A stretch of 59,524 nt of DNA from a bacterium (GTDB lineage Bacteria; Patescibacteriota; Andersenbacteria; UBA10190). The DNA lies in contig JAQBWN010000002.1 of NCBI GenBank assembly GCA_027624555.1, forward strand, positions 1-59,524. Reading direction: 5' to 3'. Both the position numbers and the translations under genes were made by a program. Shown here in pieces: positions 9,453-18,136 of the stretch. The notes under the pieces were generated by a model. That model ran no database searches. It was not told the DNA's origin and saw only the letters and a list, made by a program, of their open reading frames with translations. Position 1 is the stretch's first letter, and every line of letters starts with the position of its first letter.

Positions 9453-10358
9453 ATGAGCTATATGCACAAAGCGACCTTTCTTTTTGCCAGCCTAAGTATT
9501 TTGCTTGCATTTGGCATAGGTACAGTAGTATCAAAAATCATTCAACAGTCTCATACAACCGTTCCACTGGAAGGCGGGTCCAGTATTGAACTTGGATTAT
9601 CTGGAAACGAACAAGAACATAGTGAAAACGCGAGCCATAATAAAAGTACGTTACTTTTCAATACTGAAACCAAAACTATCATGTTTCAAAGAAACGCCTT
9701 TGAGCGAAGACCTCTTGCAAGCATTACAAAGCTTATGACTGCTATGGTTGCAATAGATCACGGTGTGGACTGGGAGAAAGAGGCGAATATTCTTCCACAA
9801 GAATACGGAGTGGGCGGAGAACTTCTATTGCATCCGGGTGAAACGGTAACAATGCGAGATCTTTTTCATGCATCGCTCCTCGGGTCAGCAAACAACGCAA
9901 CAGTTGCATACGTTCGCCAACTTGGCATTTCTCAAGAAGAATTTATACAAGAAATGAACCGCAAAGCAATTTTATTAAACTTGGAGCAAACAGAATTTTT
10001 CGACGTTACGGGACTCAACCCAAACAACGTTTCTACCGCGTACGAAATTGCCATGCTGGCGCACAGTGCATTTACAAAGTATCCGGAAATATCAAAAGCA
10101 ACTTCTGCAAAAGAATATTCATTTACGGTGCGCGGAAATGGAAGGGAACACACTATCCGCAATACAAACAAACTCATTTCAGAAAACAATCTGCAAGCAA
10201 CCGGCAGTAAAACAGGATTTCTGTACGAAGCCGGGTACTGCCTGGTAACACAAGGAGCTGGTATATACAAAGACCGCATAGCCGTTGTGATGAATGAAGT
10301 GAGTGAAGACGCACAATTTGCGGAAATCAACCAGCTCTTGAAAATGCAGGTGAAGTAG
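9453..10358 (+). CDS. D-alanyl-D-alanine carboxypeptidase (peptidase S11)
   Basis: SxxK (SITK), SxN (SANN) and KTG (SKTGF) motifs, plus an N-terminal signal anchor. Confidence 0.85.
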   Translation: MSYMHKATFLFASLSILLAFGIGTVVSKIIQQSHTTVPLEGGSSIELGLSGNEQEHSENASHNKSTLLFNTETKTIMFQRNAFERRPLASITKLMTAMVAIDHGVDWEKEANILPQEYGVGGELLLHPGETVTMRDLFHASLLGSANNATVAYVRQLGISQEEFIQEMNRKAILLNLEQTEFFDVTGLNPNNVSTAYEIAMLAHSAFTKYPEISKATSAKEYSFTVRGNGREHTIRNTNKLISENNLQATGSKTGFLYEAGYCLVTQGAGIYKDRIAVVMNEVSEDAQFAEINQLLKMQVK

Positions 10359-10372
10359 CACATACTTTTTAT

Positions 10373-10795
10373 ATGGAATACAAGCCAAATATTTATCCAA
10401 TTATGTATTGGGCTCTCGTGTATGGAATTATTGCAGCAACTGCATTGCTTGCCGTTCATCTGCTCGCAGGTTTTATTAGCCTCCTGTGGTTCCCCGTTTT
10501 TCTCGCTGGTCTCGTTTGGGGAGGCTATCGAAAATACCAGCGAGATAAAGCAGCTTGGGCACAGAGCAACGGTTCACCTGCTACACCTACCTCAGGTAAG
10601 CAAAAAACCCCTGTAGAAGAATTTAAAGACGCGGCCCGAGACATAGCCCAGGCAAGTAGAGAGATGATGGCCCGCCAAGCTACTGAAGATGCAGCAACTG
10701 AGCAGGTAGAACAGGAAATAATTACTGAAGTACCAGAGACTGCACCCGAGGAAGACCAAGTTCCGCCACAATCACCGCTGCAACCTCTGGTTTAA
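10373..10795 (+). CDS. hypothetical membrane protein with acidic C-terminal tail
   Basis: Two TM helices. CATACT lies 6 nt upstream of the ATG. Confidence 0.5.
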   Translation: MEYKPNIYPIMYWALVYGIIAATALLAVHLLAGFISLLWFPVFLAGLVWGGYRKYQRDKAAWAQSNGSPATPTSGKQKTPVEEFKDAARDIAQASREMMARQATEDAATEQVEQEIITEVPETAPEEDQVPPQSPLQPLV

Positions 10796-12069
10796 GATCG
10801 TGTTCGGCCGATTCCGAGATATAGTATTCCCATTTGCGCGATTCCGTCCGCATCAAGCGCATTTTTTCCGTCTACTACAAATTGTATGTTGTGTTTCTTA
10901 AGATTTTCTGGCGTTAATGCTTCGCATATACTTGTATGATTTGTTGCAAGCATTACAACATCTGCGCCAATCAGCGCTTCTTCTAAGGATGCAACGGTAG
11001 ATAAATGCAGCACGTGCGGGTCATATATTCGAAGCGAAATATCTGAACGTTTTTCTAAGAGCTCTTTCATTTCTAGTGCCGGGCTCTCCCGAATATCGTC
11101 GATGTCTTTTTTATATGCCAGTCCTAAAAGCGCAACAGTGAGTGGCTTTTTTTGTATATGCAACTTTTGCATTCCTTTATCTAGTAAAGAAACTGCAAAC
11201 TCTGGCATAGAATTATTAATATCCCGCGCAAGTTGTAAAAACTTATGGTCAAAACCTGCCTGCCGACCCCGCTCTATCATGTAGTACGGGTCTACGCTAA
11301 TGCAATGCCCGCCCACTCCATTTCCGGGGTAGTGCGGCATAAAGGCAAATGGCTTCGTAGCTGCGCCTTCGATAACATTTTTTACGTCAATGCCAAGTGC
11401 ATCGAATGATTTTGCCATTTCATTTACAAACGCAATATTAATATCCCGAAACGTGTTTTCCAAAATTTTTACTGCTTCTGCCTCAGTAACGGAATCCATT
11501 GCTTTTACAGGTGCATCTAAAATGCTTTCGTAAAAATCTTTGCCTGCCCGTGTTGCTTCTGGGGTTAACCCACCAATCACCCGAGGTATATTTCTCACCG
11601 ACCATTTCGCATCCCCTGGGTTTACGCGTTCTGGACAATGCACGATGTGAAGAGTAAGTTCTGGGCGACGACTTATAATGGGCAGCACAACCTCCATCAT
11701 CACACCCGGATTAATCGTCGATTCTACAGAAAGCAATTGATTATTTTTCAAGTAGGGAAGTATCGACTCAAGAGAAGACACGAGGGGTTCTAAATCGGGC
11801 ATGTGATCATGCGTGACCGGAGTTGGCACGGCAACCACAATAACATCTGCATCACGAACAACGTCTGGTTTTACACTTGCCTCGAGTGGCTCTTTTGCAA
11901 GCTCTGCTGTTATATATGCATCTGCAAACGGAGCTATGCCAGAAGTTATTTTTTTCACTTTTTCTTTATCTACGTCAAACCCCACAACTTGATTACCCCT
12001 GCTTCGTGCAAGAAGGGCAAGTGGAAGCCCTACATACCCTAAGCCCACTACTACGAGTTTCTTTGTCAT
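10792..12069 (-). CDS. nucleotide-sugar dehydrogenase (UDP-ManNAc/UDP-GlcNAc dehydrogenase type)
   Basis: VVGLGYVGLPLA Rossmann motif and catalytic GGHCISVDP. ATG 12069 preferred over TTG 12078. Confidence 0.85.
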   Translation of the reverse strand: MTKKLVVVGLGYVGLPLALLARSRGNQVVGFDVDKEKVKKITSGIAPFADAYITAELAKEPLEASVKPDVVRDADVIVVAVPTPVTHDHMPDLEPLVSSLESILPYLKNNQLLSVESTINPGVMMEVVLPIISRRPELTLHIVHCPERVNPGDAKWSVRNIPRVIGGLTPEATRAGKDFYESILDAPVKAMDSVTEAEAVKILENTFRDINIAFVNEMAKSFDALGIDVKNVIEGAATKPFAFMPHYPGNGVGGHCISVDPYYMIERGRQAGFDHKFLQLARDINNSMPEFAVSLLDKGMQKLHIQKKPLTVALLGLAYKKDIDDIRESPALEMKELLEKRSDISLRIYDPHVLHLSTVASLEEALIGADVVMLATNHTSICEALTPENLKKHNIQFVVDGKNALDADGIAQMGILYLGIGRTRS

Positions 12070-12120
12070 ATAGCCCAATCTATCATGGCATTTGGGTCAA
12101 GTCCACGGTATACTGGTGCC

Positions 12121-12378
12121 ATGCCATTTCCACCTGTCACAATATATACCACCAAAAGTTGCGGATACTGTAAAGCAACCAAAGCGTTACTTACTGATAA
12201 TAAAGTTCCGTTCCATGAAATTGACGTTGGAACAGATCGGGGAAAAGCAAGAGAAATGATTGAACTTTCCGGGCAGATGGGCGTACCAGTAATCGTTATT
12301 GGGGATAAAAACAACACTGAAACCATTGTCGGATTTAACAAAGAAGCACTTGCAAGTGCACTACATATCACACTATGA
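12121..12378 (+). CDS. glutaredoxin-like protein (NrdH/Grx family)
   Basis: VTIYTTKSCGYC ... GVPVIVIG. TATACT lies 6 nt upstream of ATG 12121. 4-nt overlap with trxB. Confidence 0.8.
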   Translation: MPFPPVTIYTTKSCGYCKATKALLTDNKVPFHEIDVGTDRGKAREMIELSGQMGVPVIVIGDKNNTETIVGFNKEALASALHITL

Positions 12379-13334
12379 GCGACGTAACAGACATCGTAAT
12401 AGTTGGGTACGGTCCTGCGGGCATGACCGCCGCGCTGTACGCTGCACGCAAACAACTTACGGTCACACTCATAGGAGAACTCCCCGGAGGAGAGGTGCGA
12501 AATTCTGGTGATATTGAAAATTGGATAGGAGATAGAAAAACGGACGGGAATACACTTGCTGATAAAATGATAGAACACGTAAAAGATCACTCGGACATGG
12601 TAACGACTATATTAGGAAAAGTTGCGAGCATCACGAAAGAATCTCCCACCCCACCCAGCCTCCCCTCGGGCAGGGGAGGAGCACTGTTCGTCACCACCAC
12701 AGAAGACGGGAAAGAATTTCGAAGTAAAGCGGTTATATATACCGCCGGGAGGCATCCAAGAATGCTCAACATTCCCGGAGAAAAGGAATTTAAAAATCTC
12801 GGGGTTACGTATTGCGCAACGTGCGATGCGCCTCTTTTTGAAGGAAAAGATGTCGTAGTTATTGGCGGAGGAAACTCTGGCGCAGAGGCGGTTATCATGC
12901 TGCAAAAAATTGCAAAAAGAATTTACGTACTACAAGACAAAGACCAGCTCATTGCCGACCCAGTACTCATTGCAAATTTCGATAAAGATCCAAAGGTTAC
13001 AATTACTACAAACGCGCAAACCCTAAACATAACAGGAGACACGTTTGTAACCGGACTCACGTATAAAGATAAGACAACCAACATTGAGCACAAGCTCGAC
13101 GTTCAAGGCATTTTTGTTACCATTGGCGCTATTCCGAATACGGCACCTATACAAGATTTCATCGAACTTGACCCCTTACGTGCAATACCTGCAGATAGGT
13201 ACGGAATAACCAGCATACCCGGGTTTTTTGCTGCAGGGGACGTAACCACAATTAGAGACGCACAAATTGTAGTGGCAGCGGGGCAAGGTTGCTCCGCGGC
13301 TTTATCGGCGGGAGACTACATTAGCCGGCTATGA
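12375..13334 (+). CDS. trxB: thioredoxin-disulfide reductase
   Basis: IVGYGPAGMTAALYAAR, the redox CATCDAPLF motif and GGGNSGAEA. Carries an R1 repeat in frame. Confidence 0.9.
   Translation: MSDVTDIVIVGYGPAGMTAALYAARKQLTVTLIGELPGGEVRNSGDIENWIGDRKTDGNTLADKMIEHVKDHSDMVTTILGKVASITKESPTPPSLPSGRGGALFVTTTEDGKEFRSKAVIYTAGRHPRMLNIPGEKEFKNLGVTYCATCDAPLFEGKDVVVIGGGNSGAEAVIMLQKIAKRIYVLQDKDQLIADPVLIANFDKDPKVTITTNAQTLNITGDTFVTGLTYKDKTTNIEHKLDVQGIFVTIGAIPNTAPIQDFIELDPLRAIPADRYGITSIPGFFAAGDVTTIRDAQIVVAAGQGCSAALSAGDYISRL
12647..12681 (+). repeat. GC-rich hairpin repeat, family R1, read in frame inside trxB
   Basis: CACCCCACCCAGCCTCCCCT-CGGGC-AGGGGAGGAG, translated as SPTPPSLPSGRGGAL. Confidence 0.8.
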
Positions 13335-14098
13335 ATACTCGCGTCGGGCCAATGGTAAAATCGCTTGTCTATCTTTTTCCGTCTTCCCATTACGTGTTAT
13401 TATCCTTATTTCTGTTTATTGGACTTGAGCTGCTCTTTGTTATTCATAATTGGCTTTTCTTACTCTTCTTTATTTTTCTTGCGATTCTCATTATTGGAAT
13501 TTTCCTGATTCGTTCCGAAGAAGGAAAGCAATTCCACCCAACACAAACCATTCTCCCCACACTCGCAGCGCTTGGGTTTGCCGCCCTTGCCATATACCTC
13601 CCACTCACCGCCTATCTTCATATATATTTTTTACTATGCGTAATTTTATTTTTCTACATCCTAAAACACGGCGCAAAACAAGCATACCCAACATGGAATA
13701 TGGTTATTTCACTTGCCGTCCTTTTCGCAGTTATTGCGCCCGCCATCGGGTGGAGATTCACTCTCTACACCCCAGTGTGGACTACTCTTGCACTCATTTT
13801 TCCATTAATTAGCTTAGTCGCTTTTCAAACTCTTCTTCGATACACAAAAACCCCCGGAGAAGCGGGTATCATAGCGCTCAGCCTTGGATTTACACTTGCG
13901 CAAGTTGTATGGATCCTGCAATTCCTTCCGCTTCATTTTATTGTCCAAGCAGGCCTTATAGTGGCTCTCTACCACATAGCTACGCAGCTTGTTATCCTTG
14001 TAATTGAACGGAACATTAGTCGCCGTTCCATCATTGAATATAGTCTTGTTGGCATTGGGGCAATTGTTATCCTTGCCACAACTGCATATTGGTCGTAA
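13331..14098 (+). CDS. hypothetical polytopic membrane protein
   Basis: About 8 TM helices. 4-nt overlap with trxB. Confidence 0.5.
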   Translation: MNTRVGPMVKSLVYLFPSSHYVLLSLFLFIGLELLFVIHNWLFLLFFIFLAILIIGIFLIRSEEGKQFHPTQTILPTLAALGFAALAIYLPLTAYLHIYFLLCVILFFYILKHGAKQAYPTWNMVISLAVLFAVIAPAIGWRFTLYTPVWTTLALIFPLISLVAFQTLLRYTKTPGEAGIIALSLGFTLAQVVWILQFLPLHFIVQAGLIVALYHIATQLVILVIERNISRRSIIEYSLVGIGAIVILATTAYWS

Positions 14099-14123
14099 AA
14101 TAAGCTATACTAAAAAAGAATTT

Positions 14124-15143
14124 ATGCCAACGAATACAATTCGATTACCACTCAGTGCACTTATCATTATTTTTATAATTATTTTGTGCGTAGCAATTGG
14201 TGGCGGAATAGTCGGCTCTCGAATGCTTGCGTCGCCAATCCCTATGAGATCCGACGGGAGCGGCACGATTGTTCCCGTATCTCAACAGGTTACTGTCTCA
14301 CCGAGTAAGTTAGCGTCAGACATTGTGGCAACATACGGAAAATCAGTTTTTCTGATCGCACAAAAAAACACAAAAAGTATTTCTGCGCTTGGTACTGGAC
14401 TAGCACTCACAAACGACGGAATTATTATGTCACTTATTGATGCAACACAAGAAGAAGTAGTTGGAATAGGGGAGGATGGCTCCATATTTCCGCTTGCCCC
14501 CATTGGATACGATGAACTTTCGGGAATTTCATTCTTCAAAGCAAGCGACAGAATTGTAACTCCACTTAACGTATCGCAAAGTACCCCACTTGTAGGTTCA
14601 ACCTTCCTGGCGCTGTATCGCCAAGAAGACAGCGCACAAATTACTGCACATCCTACAACCTTTTCTGCAACGGAGTTACCATCCGAAAAAACTGCACCTG
14701 GAATACAAAAACTTGCTTCCACAAAAAGTACAACCCCCTTGCCCCTCGGAGCTGCATTAATGGATGAAAATGGAAACCTTGCAGGCGTCGTTCAGAGCCC
14801 ATTAAAGCATACTGCACTCTTCGTGTCAGATGTACGTTCAGCGCTTAATCGCTTATCGTCAAATCAACTGTCTTTTAATCCCCTCACGCCACTCGGATTT
14901 ACAGTAAGCTGGAAAGCGCAAATAGATGGGAATAATGCTCTTCGTGTGAAAAGTATTATCAGCAGCATAACAAAAAATAGCCCTGCAGATATTGCCGGAT
15001 TACAAACAGGAGACATACTTACTGCAATTGCTGGGAATACCGTTTCTTGGGACACTACAATTGTTGACGCACTCAGCACAAACCCAGTGCACCTCACAAT
15101 TTTGCGACAAGAGCAGGTGAGGCAAATATCTATTACCCCTTAA
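14124..15143 (+). CDS. membrane-anchored PDZ domain protein (degenerate trypsin-like domain)
   Basis: TM anchor and a C-terminal PDZ-like PADIAGLQTGDILTAIAGN. No clear Ser/His/Asp catalytic triad. Confidence 0.55.
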   Translation: MPTNTIRLPLSALIIIFIIILCVAIGGGIVGSRMLASPIPMRSDGSGTIVPVSQQVTVSPSKLASDIVATYGKSVFLIAQKNTKSISALGTGLALTNDGIIMSLIDATQEEVVGIGEDGSIFPLAPIGYDELSGISFFKASDRIVTPLNVSQSTPLVGSTFLALYRQEDSAQITAHPTTFSATELPSEKTAPGIQKLASTKSTTPLPLGAALMDENGNLAGVVQSPLKHTALFVSDVRSALNRLSSNQLSFNPLTPLGFTVSWKAQIDGNNALRVKSIISSITKNSPADIAGLQTGDILTAIAGNTVSWDTTIVDALSTNPVHLTILRQEQVRQISITP

Positions 15144-15147
15144 GTAC

Positions 15148-15528
15148 GTGGCAACGCTCCGACCAAATTTTATTCTTATTGCTACGGCAATCATCGCCGT
15201 ACTTATTCTTTTTTCTCTTGCACAGGAGATGAATAGACGGTGGCAAGTACAAAGAGAAGTCACTCGTCTTGAGGCAGATGTGAATAAAATGGAACGGAAA
15301 GTTGTGGAACTGGAACAACTGAATGCGTACTTCAGCACCCAAGACTATAAAGAACGCCTCGCTCGCGAACAGCTCAACTTCCGAGCACCAGGAGAAAAAG
15401 TTGTGCTTATTCCAGAACGAGTTGCAGGTGCACAGCAAACAAATCCCACAGCAAGTATCGCAGACGCAACGCTTTCTATCCCTCTGCGGTGGTGGTACCT
15501 GTTTTTTGTCCAAACTCCTAAAAAATGA
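15148..15528 (+). CDS. ftsB: septum formation initiator (FtsB/DivIC family)
   Basis: GTG start, TM helix, then a coiled coil and the QDYKERLAREQLNF..PGE motif. Confidence 0.7.
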   Translation: MATLRPNFILIATAIIAVLILFSLAQEMNRRWQVQREVTRLEADVNKMERKVVELEQLNAYFSTQDYKERLAREQLNFRAPGEKVVLIPERVAGAQQTNPTASIADATLSIPLRWWYLFFVQTPKK

Positions 15529-16040
15529 AATTTCTCGTTTCGGTTTTACTCCTCATTGCATCGTTTCTCATTCTGTTTTGGTGGAAACATGCATTCGCAC
15601 TTCCAATATTTTGCAGCACAAGAGGATGTGTTACCACAATTGACCGGAATGCAGAAAAAAAACACCAGAAAGCGTTTGCAACGGTCACTCAATCATCCCC
15701 GCCTACGGAAACAACTATACTTACCACACTTGTTCGCAGGCATTTGATACTTCACCTACCAAATACCCAAGATTTTTCACAAGAGGCAATTTCATACAGA
15801 ACCGATATTTTGCATTTTACAGACGAGGCTGCAATAAAAGAAATGGGATTTGATTCGTTTACAGAATACGACAATGCAGTTACCATTCCGTTTTTACTCC
15901 AACAATCCTACATGAACGAACACGGCTTCAAAGATCCACAAGAAGCATATAAAAATCTTTCAAAAAATTATCACGTACTCTCCTTGCTTTTTGGGTACAC
16001 GTGGGATAGTAGTAAAGGGGAGGTAGTTCCGCGGATATAG
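15525..16040 (+). CDS. hypothetical membrane-anchored protein
   Basis: N-terminal TM helix. The last 10 nt overlap tRNA-Gly. Confidence 0.5.
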   Translation: MKFLVSVLLLIASFLILFWWKHAFALPIFCSTRGCVTTIDRNAEKKHQKAFATVTQSSPPTETTILTTLVRRHLILHLPNTQDFSQEAISYRTDILHFTDEAAIKEMGFDSFTEYDNAVTIPFLLQQSYMNEHGFKDPQEAYKNLSKNYHVLSLLFGYTWDSSKGEVVPRI

Positions 16041-16101
16041 TATAATGGAAGTACTTGACCTTCCCAAGGTTAGGGCGCGGGTTCGATTCCCGCTATCCGC
16101 T
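16031..16101 (+). tRNA. tRNA-Gly (anticodon CCC)
   Basis: Acceptor GCGGATA/TATCCGC, anticodon stem TGACC/GGTTA with loop TTCCCAA, T-arm GCGGG-TTCGATT-CCCGC. Confidence 0.85.
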
Positions 16102-16359
16102 CAAATTGTACACAAGAAAAAAAGCGAACCTGGTGGGGGTCCGCTTCGTGATTTTTGTTGTCGCGATTTGCGACTAATTTTGGGTTAATCGGGATGCAGT
16201 GTGACTACCCGCGCGATCACAATAATGTTCAACTTTATGGGGATCCTACACATGATCCCTTGGCGCGCTCATGATCATTTGATACTCCCGTCTCTTAAGG
16301 TACATACAAAATCCGTTTTGAAACCACTGTATCCTATTTAGCACATGCAAACTTGCTTG

Positions 16360-16563
16360 TCAACTACCGTCATGCTCTGGCTGGGGACTAGGTTTAACGT
16401 AACGAATCGCGAGTCTTCGTGTAATCAGATCCACAATTCGCTCATATTTATGCACTTTTGTAGCGGCGTGAAATTCGGGATGCCTTGCGTCATCTGGAAT
16501 GATTCTCATTATCGGTCGAAAATCAGAATCATCTGGACAGGATCTCTTGTTATGAATTGTCAT
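16360..16563 (-). CDS. hypothetical small protein (67 aa) in a GC-rich islet
   Basis: ATG 16563 is preceded by GGCGGAGG, 9 nt upstream. No homology recognised. Confidence 0.35.
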   Translation of the reverse strand: MTIHNKRSCPDDSDFRPIMRIIPDDARHPEFHAATKVHKYERIVDLITRRLAIRYVKPSPQPEHDGS

Positions 16564-16696
16564 ACACTTGCCTCCGCCGTTAAAACACGAATTGTGTAAG
16601 TACAGAATTAAACACACTAAGAATAACTGACTACCCCAAGCATACACCGTAATTGCTCTTGCAGTGTATTACATTTTTTATGCATAATTACAAGAT

Positions 16697-17908
16697 ATGA
16701 AAAACAATTCTCTCGTTATAAATATAGTTGCAGGTGCTGTTGCGGGCGCTGTTGTATCTATACTGATTCTTAATAATCCAAATATCTCGCGAACCATTAC
16801 ACCTAGTACGAACACGCCGCGTGCTGAGGAAATCGTTAGCAACGATTACGAAAAAACGGTTATCGAAACGGTAGAAAACGTTCAGAAAGCAGTAGTTTCT
16901 ATTGTTATATCTAAAGACGTGCCAATTATAGAACAATCCTTTCCACGAGGCTTTGATCCTTTTAACGATTTTTTTGGAAACGGATCTTTATCACCATTTT
17001 CGTTTCAGGTTCCGCAACTGGAACAAAAGGGAAGTCAAAAGCAGGAAATTGGGGGAGGGTCCGGGTTTCTTGTGTCAGCAGATGGCATGATTATCACAAA
17101 TCGCCATGTTGTAGACCAGGAAGAAGCGGAATATACAGTTTTTCTTAATGACGGCAGTAAGCATTCCGCAAAAGTTGTAGCGCGAGATCAACTAAACGAC
17201 ATTGCAGTAATAAAAATAGATGCGAAAGATTTGCCGTTTCTCACATTCGCAGATTCTTCAACTCTTAAAGTAGGGCAGACGGCAATAGCAATCGGTAATT
17301 CTCTCGGAGAACTTCGCAATACGGTTTCTACCGGCGTTGTATCTGGCCTATCCCGTTCTATTACTGCGGGTAATGGTCGTGGGCAAAGTGAACAGCTTAA
17401 CGAAGTCATTCAAACCGACGCAGCAATTAATCCAGGCAATTCCGGAGGTCCGCTATTAAATCTTTCCGGGCAGGTTATCGGGGTAAATGTTGCCATAGCA
17501 CAGGGATCGCAAAATGTAGGGTTCGCACTTCCTGCTAACGAAATTAAAAAAGTAGTAGAGTCTGTTCAAAAAACGGGGAAAATTACTCGAGCATATATCG
17601 GGGTGCGATACACAGAAATTACACCTCCCATTAAAGACGCAAATAATTTATCAGTAGACTATGGAGTTCTTGTTATTCGTGGTGAAACAGTGCAAGAGCT
17701 TGCGGTAATTCCTGGGTCTCCTGCAAACAAAGCAGGAATTGTTGAAGGTGATATTATTTTAGAAATAGACGGAAATAAATTAGACCAAGATAATTCACTT
17801 GCGAAAACAATAGGGAACAAGTCGCCAGGAGACACAGTTTCCCTCAAAATACTCAGTAAAGGCGATGAAAAAACAGTGTCAGTAAAGTTGGAAGAATCGC
17901 CGAGTTAG
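16697..17908 (+). CDS. htrA: HtrA/DegP family serine protease with PDZ domain
   Basis: GSGFLVS..GMIITNRHVV, DIAVIKI and GNSGGPLLN form the catalytic triad. C-terminal PDZ domain. Confidence 0.9.
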   Translation: MKNNSLVINIVAGAVAGAVVSILILNNPNISRTITPSTNTPRAEEIVSNDYEKTVIETVENVQKAVVSIVISKDVPIIEQSFPRGFDPFNDFFGNGSLSPFSFQVPQLEQKGSQKQEIGGGSGFLVSADGMIITNRHVVDQEEAEYTVFLNDGSKHSAKVVARDQLNDIAVIKIDAKDLPFLTFADSSTLKVGQTAIAIGNSLGELRNTVSTGVVSGLSRSITAGNGRGQSEQLNEVIQTDAAINPGNSGGPLLNLSGQVIGVNVAIAQGSQNVGFALPANEIKKVVESVQKTGKITRAYIGVRYTEITPPIKDANNLSVDYGVLVIRGETVQELAVIPGSPANKAGIVEGDIILEIDGNKLDQDNSLAKTIGNKSPGDTVSLKILSKGDEKTVSVKLEESPS

Positions 17909-17963
17909 TTGTAGTCGCTAAATTTCCCCATATTGGCTACACTACCTCGATAGGTAGTTGCAA

Positions 17964-18034
17964 GCCGATCTAGTTCAGTGGTAGAACACTGCTTTCGTAA
18001 AGCAGAAACACGGGTTCGATTCCCGTCTTCGGCT
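17964..18034 (+). tRNA. tRNA-Thr (anticodon CGU), atypical acceptor stem
   Basis: D-arm TAGTTCAGTGGTAGAAC, anticodon stem CTGCT/AGCAG with loop TTCGTAA, T-arm ACGGG-TTCGATT-CCCGT. Acceptor pairs 6:67 and 7:66 are mismatched. Confidence 0.7.
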
Positions 18035-18051
18035 CCCGAACACAAGTTCGA

Positions 18052-18088
18052 CTGCGCCCCGCGAAGCTCGTAAGCGAAGTGGGGTTCT
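18052..18088 (+). repeat. GC-rich hairpin repeat, family R2
   Basis: CTGCGCCCCGC-GAA-GCT-CGTA-AGC-GAA-GTGGGGTTCT. Matches the reverse complement of 964-1000. Confidence 0.75.
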
Positions 18089-18121
18089 CGCAGGAGGCTC
18101 AAATTTACTTTAAAGATAAAG

Positions 18122-18130
18122 TGATATAAT
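18122..18130 (+). promoter_or_regulatory. consensus extended -10 box TGATATAAT, 6 nt before prfB ATG
   Basis: TGATATAAT, then AATTCT, then ATG 18137. Confidence 0.5.
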
Positions 18131-18136
18131 AATTCT

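Noticed and set aside
12066-12590. 174-aa minus-strand ORF opposite the glutaredoxin and trxB genes
   Set aside because: It is antisense to two genes with clear redox motifs (CGYC, CATC).
16345-16599. 84-aa plus-strand ORF overlapping the 67-aa minus-strand ORF
   Set aside because: It has no SD or promoter box. The minus-strand ORF at least has a GGAGG site. Both remain weak.
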